From a virus: a DNA stretch of 46,234 nt. This document shows positions 31,467 through 39,104 of the stretch, in pieces (positions within the stretch are counted from its first letter, which is position 1; the number at the start of each line of letters is the position of its first letter). The position numbers and the translations under genes were made by a program. The stretch lies in IMG/VR virus record IMGVR_UViG_3300026529_000001; one strand, written 5' to 3'. The notes below the pieces were generated by a model. The model ran no database searches. It was given only the letters and a program-made list of their open reading frames with translations, and was not told where the DNA came from.

Positions 31467-32159
31467 TCACCATGTCTGGATCAGGATCGGCGGCTGATGG
31501 ATAATCGGGGTCTGGAGACCGACGGTAGGGGCGGCCGCTGCCGCCGCCGCGATGATCGAGGCGCCGACGATGGCAATATAAGTCGTGCTGATATTCGGCG
31601 TCCAGGTATGCGTTACCGAAGCGGCTCCCAGCGCCGTATCCCCTGCGCCAGTTATTTGTTGAGTCCCATTCCACCGTTGCGTTTGATTTGTTGTAAATGT
31701 TTGAGTACCGTCTTCATATCCATCCATATTCGTTATTGTCATTTCACCTGATGCACTGGTGATCGTTAAACTTAAGGCTCCGCCAGAGACTGACCGAACT
31801 ACTGAAGTAGCATTATGCCATCCCGTGATTTGGTCCGCTCCGGTAAATGTCGACGATCCGCCGATGAATCCGGTCACATTCGCAGAAAATGATGCTTGCA
31901 CGGTTTGCGATCCCGCTGGCGGATTGATTAATCCGAAAAGAAAAGCCTTTTGGCTCGCAACGGGACTAGCCGCAATGATTTGAGTCATCGCTTGCCCGCC
32001 AAATGACACGCTATTCAGCGTTGATGCCGTTATGTCGAAATATGAGATACCTACGATGGATAAGTAATTCGCCGGACTTGCGGCACCCGCATGGGTCCAT
32101 GTTATAGATGTTCCCGTTGACGCGGACGTATTCGCGGTCGCATCAAAAATCACAGCCAT
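31467..32159 (-). CDS. Hypothetical beta-rich (receptor-binding-like) protein
   Basis: 230-aa ORF. The 5' two-thirds is visibly AT-richer than the 3' third. Confidence 0.55.
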   Translation of the reverse strand: MAVIFDATANTSASTGTSITWTHAGAASPANYLSIVGISYFDITASTLNSVSFGGQAMTQIIAASPVASQKAFLFGLINPPAGSQTVQASFSANVTGFIGGSSTFTGADQITGWHNATSVVRSVSGGALSLTITSASGEMTITNMDGYEDGTQTFTTNQTQRWNGTQQITGAGDTALGAASVTHTWTPNISTTYIAIVGASIIAAAAAAAPTVGLQTPIIHQPPILIQTW

Positions 32160-32168
32160 TGGTAGCCC

Positions 32169-33839
32169 TCACGGATACGACGGTCGCGACACGATCGTCT
32201 CACCTGAAACCGTAGAATGGGTGCCGACGATCACCTCGGCGATATTGACTTGGTTGTTCTTGAGCGTATTGAAATCGCCCCCAGCCAATTCCCGGATCGT
32301 CGAATTAATCGTTCCGTCTCCTTGGTCGTTCGCCGCACTCACGTAATTACCGGAAATCGTGTTGTTCGTCCCGACCACCGTGATATCGCCCCCCATGAAG
32401 AAATGATTGTTCGTGATGGTGTTATCGTTGAGGGCCTGGATGACAAGACAGTTGGAATAACACCCACGGAGATCGTTATTATCGATCGTAATCTTCCCCG
32501 ATCCCGAAACACCATCCAGATTCAGCAGAATGGAATTTAGTCCTGATCCCGGAAACCACTTCCCTGATCCGGGCGGAGTTTCGACAATTGAGTCGCGGAG
32601 TGTGTTGCCCTGAAACAGAATGGGGCCATATGCGCCGATGACGGCGTGCGTCACGAACGCGAAACAAAATGATTCGACCGTCCCGGTCGTCCCTTCTTGC
32701 GAAATGTAATTGTTGGTGATCCAGATATTCGTGATGGGATCGTTGGCCGTATTCGGTTCGAGGTCAATGATGGTATTCCCGAGCGCGTCGATAAAGGTAT
32801 TCCCATCAATCGTGATGCGGTTCCCGTTCACGATCGCACACGATACCCCACCCCCACCGGGGAAATCTGGAGGAACACCTCCACCGACATTCGTCATCTT
32901 GCATCCCCGCATCACGATATCCTGGCACACGTTGCTGGCATTGTTCGTTTCCCCGATCGTGATCCCGATCGCCGTCGTCTTATTGAACCAGATATTCTGA
33001 TATGTCCCACCGTTCAATAACCCAGTGTTTACCGTTGCTTGTGAAGCGTTCGGGATCTTCCCGGGCATCCCGAGCAACTGGATGTTTCGCATCGAGATAT
33101 TCGTCCGCTGTCCCGCCGCATTCAGCGGACGCATCAAGAACCATGACAAAGGCTGCGACAGTTTGGCGGTGTTCACAGAAGGCGGCGTTCCTGCGGTCCC
33201 GGCCGCTCCCGTATCCGTCCATGTCGTGGAGCCATTCGGTTGCCTGAAATACACATTCTCCCCACCCGAACTCGTCCCGCGATAAAACCGATCATTGATC
33301 GCGCCATTCAGGAACGGGTACGTGATCGTGACCGATCCCGTCGGTCCTGTGACCGCAACAGACACCTCCGCCGATGGTGTTGATTCCCCGCCACCGAATC
33401 CGTCGAGTGACGTCCGTTTGTAATAGTATGTTCCCGTCGCAAGCGTCCCGCCTGTCGAAGAGGCCGAGATTGATGTAATCGTTGGGGGACCTAGAGGTTG
33501 ATCACCTGGGGGTTCTTGGAGAATTGTATCCCACCCGTGCCCCTCGATCAACGTGTTATCGTGCGGGAGAATTGTTTCAGCGGTATTCGAGTTCGTCCAC
33601 GTCCCCGCCCCAAAGCGCAGCGTCCGGAGGCTACTCGCTCCCGTGTTCAGGATGATCCGGGAGGCGATGTTCCCTCCGCCGTTACAGCAGATGACTCCTG
33701 CTGTTCCACCGAGGGCGACATCGGCGGCATTGATTCGGACCCCCCAATCGGTCCCGTTATCGTACAGAGAGATCGCGCAATCATCCCCCGGGGACGCGAC
33801 GGGTTCGGGGGGGCTGTAGAGGAGGTGGAGCCGAGGCAC
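32169..33839 (-). CDS. Tailspike / depolymerase with right-handed parallel beta-helix repeats
   Basis: 556 aa with repeated ...I.GN.(F/I)... rungs (NGNRITIDGNTFIDALGNTII, ITNNYISQEG, ITNNHFFMGGDITVVGTNNTISGNYV). Confidence 0.7.
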   Translation of the reverse strand: MPRLHLLYSPPEPVASPGDDCAISLYDNGTDWGVRINAADVALGGTAGVICCNGGGNIASRIILNTGASSLRTLRFGAGTWTNSNTAETILPHDNTLIEGHGWDTILQEPPGDQPLGPPTITSISASSTGGTLATGTYYYKRTSLDGFGGGESTPSAEVSVAVTGPTGSVTITYPFLNGAINDRFYRGTSSGGENVYFRQPNGSTTWTDTGAAGTAGTPPSVNTAKLSQPLSWFLMRPLNAAGQRTNISMRNIQLLGMPGKIPNASQATVNTGLLNGGTYQNIWFNKTTAIGITIGETNNASNVCQDIVMRGCKMTNVGGGVPPDFPGGGGVSCAIVNGNRITIDGNTFIDALGNTIIDLEPNTANDPITNIWITNNYISQEGTTGTVESFCFAFVTHAVIGAYGPILFQGNTLRDSIVETPPGSGKWFPGSGLNSILLNLDGVSGSGKITIDNNDLRGCYSNCLVIQALNDNTITNNHFFMGGDITVVGTNNTISGNYVSAANDQGDGTINSTIRELAGGDFNTLKNNQVNIAEVIVGTHSTVSGETIVSRPSYP

Positions 33840-33856
33840 GTATTACGCTTGCGCGA

Positions 33857-34375
33857 TCACTCCTGGCTTTCCACTGAAAATTCGAACGGAATGCTGGCCG
33901 TACCGCAGTGGCTCCACAGATCGATCGAGTTGGTCGTGTTGTTCGCCACGATCGTCAAGAGGGAGTCTGGGTTCGGGGCGACCCACCCGCCAGGACCCGT
34001 CGCGCCCGAGCCGATCGCCTTGAGCAACGTCGGACCACCTGTCCCGACCGTCAAGCTGACCCCGGACGCGGCATACTGGGCACCGTGCGTGGCCGCCTGG
34101 AACCCGGGGTCTCCGGGGGCCGGAGTAATCGCCGTCCCTCCGGTCGAGGCGAGGGTCGTCCACCGCTGGATGCGGTACGTGATGCCGGAGATCTGAGTCA
34201 GACCGGCGCCACGCCCTGTGACGTAGACCGCTTGCACGCTCACGTTCCGCGACTGGTTCGTGCCGCTCGTTGTTGCAGCCGCGCCGGTCGAGATTCGAAA
34301 ATGATCGGTCGCGGTGTTCGTGGCAGCGGACGTGGTGAGCGTCACGCCTGGAGCGTCGGTGAATACAAGTGGCAT
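33857..34375 (-). CDS. Hypothetical beta-rich virion protein
   Basis: ATG at 34375 lies 4 nt after AAGGAGGAAG. 172 aa. Confidence 0.55.
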   Translation of the reverse strand: MPLVFTDAPGVTLTTSAATNTATDHFRISTGAAATTSGTNQSRNVSVQAVYVTGRGAGLTQISGITYRIQRWTTLASTGGTAITPAPGDPGFQAATHGAQYAASGVSLTVGTGGPTLLKAIGSGATGPGGWVAPNPDSLLTIVANNTTNSIDLWSHCGTASIPFEFSVESQE

Positions 34376-34376
34376 A

Positions 34377-34778
34377 TCATCTTCCTCCTTTGAGTAACAG
34401 CTGTAGTTCGTGGTCTCTGTCAATCATCCGTTGAAAGTCAGGCTTCGGAAGCACTCGTCCATACTTCTCGATCTGGAACTGCTCGACGCGCTTCCAGTAC
34501 ACCTCATCGGGCATCAGCATCGTCCCCGCGAGGTTCCCCCATTGTTCAGCGCATTTGGGGCACAGCGCGAACGCGAAGTCGATGTTCTCGATCGGGTAGT
34601 ACCCATCGAGGACCCCGCAGTTCGCACAGTAGATCGGCTGCCAGTTGATACTCCCCACAAGAGGGTGATAGCCGCGGACGATCCCTTTGGCTTCACCATT
34701 GAGTCGGGAGTCGGGGAGGAGGTAACTGGGGGCGTCCGTACGGTCGATCTTCTTCACGTCGTCGTCGGTCCAACTCAT
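34377..34778 (-). CDS. Hypothetical protein with CxxC...CxxC zinc-binding motif
   Basis: 133 aa containing YCANCG...LCPKCAEQW. Confidence 0.5.
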   Translation of the reverse strand: MSWTDDDVKKIDRTDAPSYLLPDSRLNGEAKGIVRGYHPLVGSINWQPIYCANCGVLDGYYPIENIDFAFALCPKCAEQWGNLAGTMLMPDEVYWKRVEQFQIEKYGRVLPKPDFQRMIDRDHELQLLLKGGR

Positions 34779-34784
34779 GTCATT

Positions 34785-34979
34785 TCATGGATCCTCCTTT
34801 CGATCTCCGACAATCGCCTCAATAAGATCCTTGAGGTCGATCAATCGCTTCGAAATATGTCCGCGCCAAAGCGTCGGAAACAATCGCGTATCCCGTAACC
34901 CTTGAGTCACTAATCCTTCGCGACCCAGGAACGCATGACGGATCGCCGTCCGTTGCTCAGGAGTCATTCCTATACCCAC
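34785..34979 (-). CDS. Hypothetical small protein
   Basis: 64-aa ORF. Confidence 0.4.
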   Translation of the reverse strand: MGIGMTPEQRTAIRHAFLGREGLVTQGLRDTRLFPTLWRGHISKRLIDLKDLIEAIVGDRKEDP

Positions 34980-35323
34980 GGCAAGGTCGTGCGGTTATCC
35001 CACACGCCGGTCAGCACCTGGATCTTCGTCACGACGAAATCTCCGGCCACCGGACCGGCGGTCCACGTAAACTGGCGGATCGTCCAAGTGGCATCGCCGG
35101 TTGCAGCCCCTTGAGTGTTCACGCCTTCGTAGCGGAGCCTGTTCTGCGAATCCCCCGGATTGTAATAATCTAGCAATACCATCTGGTTGTTGCCGGTTTG
35201 GTCTTCGGTAACAACCCGTTGTTGCTTCGTGGTCTGACCGTTCTCGTTGATCCGCTGAATGGCATCCAAATAGTTGTCGACGCCAGCCTCGAACAGCGTG
35301 ATAGGAGTAGCTACATTCGCCAT
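34970..35323 (-). CDS. Hypothetical virion-module protein
   Basis: ATG at 35323 lies 9 nt after GGAGAG. 117 aa (MANVATPITLFEAGVDNYLDAIQ...). The tracked longer ORF's 5' extension is antisense to the HNH gene. Confidence 0.55.
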   Translation of the reverse strand: MANVATPITLFEAGVDNYLDAIQRINENGQTTKQQRVVTEDQTGNNQMVLLDYYNPGDSQNRLRYEGVNTQGAATGDATWTIRQFTWTAGPVAGDFVVTKIQVLTGVWDNRTTLPWV

Positions 35324-35337
35324 TGAATATTCTCTCC

Positions 35338-35823
35338 ATGTATGTTCGCAAATCGTGGCCTCTCGATAAGCGTTTCTGGTCGCACACCAGAATAATCGAT
35401 GGATGCTGGGTTTGGACTGGTGCACACAACCGAAAATATTACGGGCAAATCAGTATGTATTTCCCGCCGAATAACGCTCGGAAAATTATCTCGGCCCATC
35501 GATTTTCGTGGGAACTTCATCATGCCAAGGAAGTCCCCGCTGGAATGATGGTTTGTCATACTTGTGATAACCCATCCTGCGTCAACCCAGCACATCTTTA
35601 TTTAGGAACTGCCAAAACCAACAAACACGATGCCGTGAAGAAAATGCGACATACTTACGGCACACGCATCCACCGCAGTATTTTGACTGAATCGCTGGTG
35701 CGTAGAATTCGTGATCTCCACAGAACAAACTTCACGATCTCCAAGATCCGAGATCTTCTCGAAACCAGTTACCAAGCGATTTATGGTGTCGTAACCGGTG
35801 AAACTTGGAAGCACGTTTCTTAG
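35338..35823 (+). CDS. HNH homing endonuclease (antisense to the operon), copy 1
   Basis: CWVWTG...YG...AHRFSWELH...MVCHTCDNPSCVNPAHLYLGT is an HNH_3-type motif with a C-terminal HTH-like tail ending TWKHVS. Low G+C. ATG 35338 (or TTG 35323). Confidence 0.8.
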   Translation: MYVRKSWPLDKRFWSHTRIIDGCWVWTGAHNRKYYGQISMYFPPNNARKIISAHRFSWELHHAKEVPAGMMVCHTCDNPSCVNPAHLYLGTAKTNKHDAVKKMRHTYGTRIHRSILTESLVRRIRDLHRTNFTISKIRDLLETSYQAIYGVVTGETWKHVS

Positions 35824-36011
35824 CCACGCTTCTTTCTCCTTCGCGAGTTCCAATGCTTGCTACACCACGTACAGTTGCAGCGTTCCACCGGCCAGCCGTG
35901 CTTATGCGGCCACACTTCACCCCGCGCAACCCGATACAGTACGGTCGTGAGTTTTTCAAGGGTCGCCGCCGTCGGAGGCGAAAAACCTAGTTTCCTGCCC
36001 ACAGCACTCAC
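35820..36011 (-). CDS. Hypothetical small basic protein
   Basis: 63 aa. GTG start overlaps the upstream TGA (GTGA). The 3' end overlaps the HNH stop by 4 nt. Confidence 0.4.
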   Translation of the reverse strand: MSAVGRKLGFSPPTAATLEKLTTVLYRVARGEVWPHKHGWPVERCNCTWCSKHWNSRRRKKRG

Positions 36012-36859
36012 CGTACCGCCACCCTGGGGAGGAGGTGGTCGAGGAAGTCCGTCTCTGCTCCGTGTTCCGTGCCGATCCGCTTCAACGCCAAGAGATCCCG
36101 GATAAGATGCTGCCCACCGATCAATCCAGGATTAGGCTTGATGTAGGCGTGTTGGCCGATCCGCTTATCCAATCGGAGCGCCGGCATGATCTCATCCCAC
36201 TCCGCGCCGATCCGCTCCCCAAGATCGGCTAAAGTGGTCGCGGCGGCAATCGAGCTCGCGAGACAGGTATTGATCGCCATCTTGCACAGTTCCGCGCTCT
36301 CGTATTTCATCACGAGGACCGGACACTTAAACTGCTTCACCGCATCCTCAACCAACCACGGGAGCGGAGCGTCGGGGACAACACTCCCGAGAATGATCCG
36401 CTCAGGATGTAAGAACCTCTCGACCGCTTGGCCGAGCACCATCGTCTCGACCCAATAGAAGACTGGTACTCCACCCTTCGAGAGCCGGAGTTCGTGAATC
36501 GACCGCGTAAACCCCGGGGACACCTGGCTCATGATGACGAGAAACACCGTCGAGGCGATGTACGGAAGAGCCTCTTCAATGAGTGATCGGATCGCCGATT
36601 CATCCCCTCGCCCATCGGCTCCCAATGGGACATCCTGGGACACGATCACCATCGAGCACTCGCGTAATCGAGAGAGGTCGGTCGTCCGGGGGTTCGCCAT
36701 CAAGAGTTCGAGCCGAGGTTCAGGCTTCGTGAGCGGGGTTCGTTCGCCCACCTCAAGGACCAACCCCACCCGGTACGCCCAACACGCGGCCGCCACCTGT
36801 CCCATGTGCGACATCCCGAGGAAACCGGTCGTCACCCGATCATCCCGAGGTAGCTCCAT
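36008..36859 (-). CDS. UDP-glucose/GDP-mannose dehydrogenase family protein, truncated and degenerate
   Basis: The layout matches UGDH: GFLGMSHMG (GxGxxG-like), VIMSQVSPGFT, FLHPERIILG, ESAELCKMAINTCLASSIAAATTLADLGERIGAEWDEI...LDKRIG. The GGxCxxKD site reads GGQHLIRD (Cys->His). No C-terminal UDP-binding domain. Confidence 0.55.
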   Translation of the reverse strand: MELPRDDRVTTGFLGMSHMGQVAAACWAYRVGLVLEVGERTPLTKPEPRLELLMANPRTTDLSRLRECSMVIVSQDVPLGADGRGDESAIRSLIEEALPYIASTVFLVIMSQVSPGFTRSIHELRLSKGGVPVFYWVETMVLGQAVERFLHPERIILGSVVPDAPLPWLVEDAVKQFKCPVLVMKYESAELCKMAINTCLASSIAAATTLADLGERIGAEWDEIMPALRLDKRIGQHAYIKPNPGLIGGQHLIRDLLALKRIGTEHGAETDFLDHLLPRVAVR

Positions 36860-37893
36860 GCGACGTTTGCCGCTCCAAGAGCGTCCCACATCCACATGAG
36901 CCAGACGGCATAGGAGGCTAACCCGACCGAAACAGCAGGGATGTGGATACCCAGAAGCGCCGTTCCCCAAACCCAGAGGTACGCCCCAAGTCCCACGAGG
37001 CCAGCATGATGAGCGATCTCCAGGACCACGTTATGGGCGGTATCGTGGATCTCGGCTCGCTGATCTGGTACCGGAGCAATGAGCGTGTTCGGTCCCCACC
37101 CGAAGATGGGTTTCCGGGCGATCTGGGAGGCGATGTATCCCCAGAGGAAGGCTCGGTCCTCGGCGACGTTCTTGACGGGCGTCCGGTCGAAGAGGCGCTG
37201 CGACCAAAAAGCCCCGCAGGCAATCCCCGCAAGAATCGGGAGGACCCCCCAGACCGAGTATGTCACCCCCGCCCAGACCAATGTCACGATCATCCCGAGC
37301 ATCCCCGCCCGCGACCCCGTCACGAACAGGGTCATGGAGAACAACACTACAGGAACGATCCAGTAGATCCCCGACATGGCGAACCAGACCGATACCGGCA
37401 ACAGGAGGCACAAATACCCGCCCAATAATCCCGGATTCCCGATCGTCCCCCACGCCCCGTCCGTTTTCTCCTTCGCCCCGCCGATCCGTCTGGCCCACGA
37501 TTGATTCTGGGCCTGGGCGAGGGCGACAAGGCAAACGGCCATCCCCACCCCTACGGACCATTCCAAGAGGAGATTCCGGGCCTCTACGGGCATCCTGGCA
37601 ACGACTAAGGCCGTCACTCCATAGGCGAGGGTGGTGATCACCCCATCCCCGCGTCTGGTTCGGGGAATAACCCCCATCCGAGCGTTCCTGGAGAACATGG
37701 CCCCGACGAGCATCGCCCCTACGAATGCTGCAATCGGAAGATCCAAGGGAGTAGGGGTCAGGTGGGCGAACAGCGCACCGATGACCATGATGACGAGGCC
37801 GAGGTGCGTAATCGCGCACTTGACCTCGGTGAAGGCCGCCATGGGTGTTACAAGAACGGTGAAGAACGCCCCGACCAGCATCGCGGTGTTCAT
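36832..37893 (-). CDS. O-antigen ligase/polymerase-like (Wzy_C family) polytopic membrane protein
   Basis: 353 aa with about 10 hydrophobic spans. ...GNPGLLGGYLCLLLP...TGSRAGMLG...RAFLWGYIASQIARKPIFGWGPNT...HNVVLEIAHHAGLVG matches the Wzy_C signature. ATGA coupling. Confidence 0.7.
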   Translation of the reverse strand: MNTAMLVGAFFTVLVTPMAAFTEVKCAITHLGLVIMVIGALFAHLTPTPLDLPIAAFVGAMLVGAMFSRNARMGVIPRTRRGDGVITTLAYGVTALVVARMPVEARNLLLEWSVGVGMAVCLVALAQAQNQSWARRIGGAKEKTDGAWGTIGNPGLLGGYLCLLLPVSVWFAMSGIYWIVPVVLFSMTLFVTGSRAGMLGMIVTLVWAGVTYSVWGVLPILAGIACGAFWSQRLFDRTPVKNVAEDRAFLWGYIASQIARKPIFGWGPNTLIAPVPDQRAEIHDTAHNVVLEIAHHAGLVGLGAYLWVWGTALLGIHIPAVSVGLASYAVWLMWMWDALGAANVAWSYLGMIG

Positions 37894-38348
37894 CGGACGG
37901 CGTGGTCGAACGGTTCAGCCGTCACGACGATATCCTTCGTCTCTCCGTTCGGGCTCTGGGTCTCGGGGGGAGGCTTGTCCGTGATCTGCACCCGTTGCAC
38001 CATGAGGGGACCGATCCCCGGCGGCATGGTCGTAATCAGCATTTCCACCTCGCCGAGGGAGAATTGGTCCTTCATGAAGAACAGCATCGTGTCCTGATTG
38101 ACCCCCATGAAGTACGTGATAACCCGGAATTGGATCAGGTTCCACCATGTCCGCTTCGGGGTGAACCGATCCACCTCGTCCCGGTCTCTTTTCCACCCGG
38201 CCCGGAATCCCGAGAACGTCAAGCGGACGAGCGGACGAGGATCGAACCCTTGGAGCGTCCACAGGATCTTACCCAAGCCGAAGAATCTCCGGGTCGCGTG
38301 AGAAGAGTTGGTCGCCGAAATACCCGACATACGTGAGCCCGGCCGCAT
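37890..38348 (-). CDS. Hypothetical protein of the glycan cluster (start uncertain)
   Basis: 152-aa ORF whose 5' 80 nt overlap the methyltransferase. Its 3' end is ATGA-coupled to the Wzy_C gene. Confidence 0.35.
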   Translation of the reverse strand: MRPGSRMSGISATNSSHATRRFFGLGKILWTLQGFDPRPLVRLTFSGFRAGWKRDRDEVDRFTPKRTWWNLIQFRVITYFMGVNQDTMLFFMKDQFSLGEVEMLITTMPPGIGPLMVQRVQITDKPPPETQSPNGETKDIVVTAEPFDHAVR

Positions 38349-38952
38349 GGAGGCGCTCGAACGTCTCGATATGGTCCCGGTTGTGCCACCCGCGTCGCAT
38401 GGAGCACATCTCGACGTAGACGGTCTCGGTCTGTTCGAGTGTCCGTTCAGCGCCTTGGAACACTTCCAGCTCGGTCCCCTCCACGTCCACCTTCATGAAG
38501 TCGATGTGAGTGACTCGCTTCTCGGCCCAATCATCGAGCCGCTGGACCTCGACCATCTCCACACCGATCTCGCCGTTGTCGTGCATCATGTACGGTTGGA
38601 TCGGCAGGAACGAACTCGATTCCGGCCTCATGTAACGCCGCATAGGCAGCGTAGAATTCACGGTCCCAAGGCCAATATCCCACGTCGAGATCCTCCCCGG
38701 AAATCCGAACGGGACCTTGGCAAGTTGGTTGAACGACGCCTGCTGGGGCTCGAAGCAGTAGATAGTTGCTTCGGAAAAGGTCGTCGCGAACAAGGTCGTC
38801 ATACGTCCAATTGACGCTCCGATGTCCAGGACCGTCCTGACCGGTCTGTGTTCCCGGATCCTCTGGATCTGCCGGACCAGCCAATACAGATCGTGTTCCC
38901 GGGTCAGACGATGCTTCCACGGCCGGAGGAACTCCTTGAATCCGGTCAGCAC
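38269..38952 (-). CDS. FkbM-family SAM-dependent methyltransferase
   Basis: VLDIGASIGRMT...IYCFEPQQASFNQL...IDFMKVDVEGTELEVFQGAE fits the Methyltransf_21/FkbM pattern. Confidence 0.7.
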   Translation of the reverse strand: MLTGFKEFLRPWKHRLTREHDLYWLVRQIQRIREHRPVRTVLDIGASIGRMTTLFATTFSEATIYCFEPQQASFNQLAKVPFGFPGRISTWDIGLGTVNSTLPMRRYMRPESSSFLPIQPYMMHDNGEIGVEMVEVQRLDDWAEKRVTHIDFMKVDVEGTELEVFQGAERTLEQTETVYVEMCSMRRGWHNRDHIETFERLHAAGLTYVGYFGDQLFSRDPEILRLG

Positions 38953-39079
38953 CGTGCACCTGCTGGATGTACCGCTCCCAGAACCAGAGGAACACCCCGA
39001 TGAGGAGCCACGGGACCGCCATCCCGCCGATGACGATGAACGCGGTCATACTGAGGCGTCCGACGTCGTGCCAATACAT
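38953..39079 (-). CDS. TM-helix-encoding ORF head (frame stays open to 38531 over the methyltransferase)
   Basis: ATG at 39079 lies 4 nt after GGTGG. MYWHDVGRLSMTAFIVIGGMAVPWLLIGVFLWFWERYIQQVH is a convincing TM segment. Beyond 38952 the frame turns G/P/R/D-rich (off-frame-like). Confidence 0.3.
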
Positions 39080-39104
39080 CAGCCACCGACCACCAGTTCG
39101 ACGT

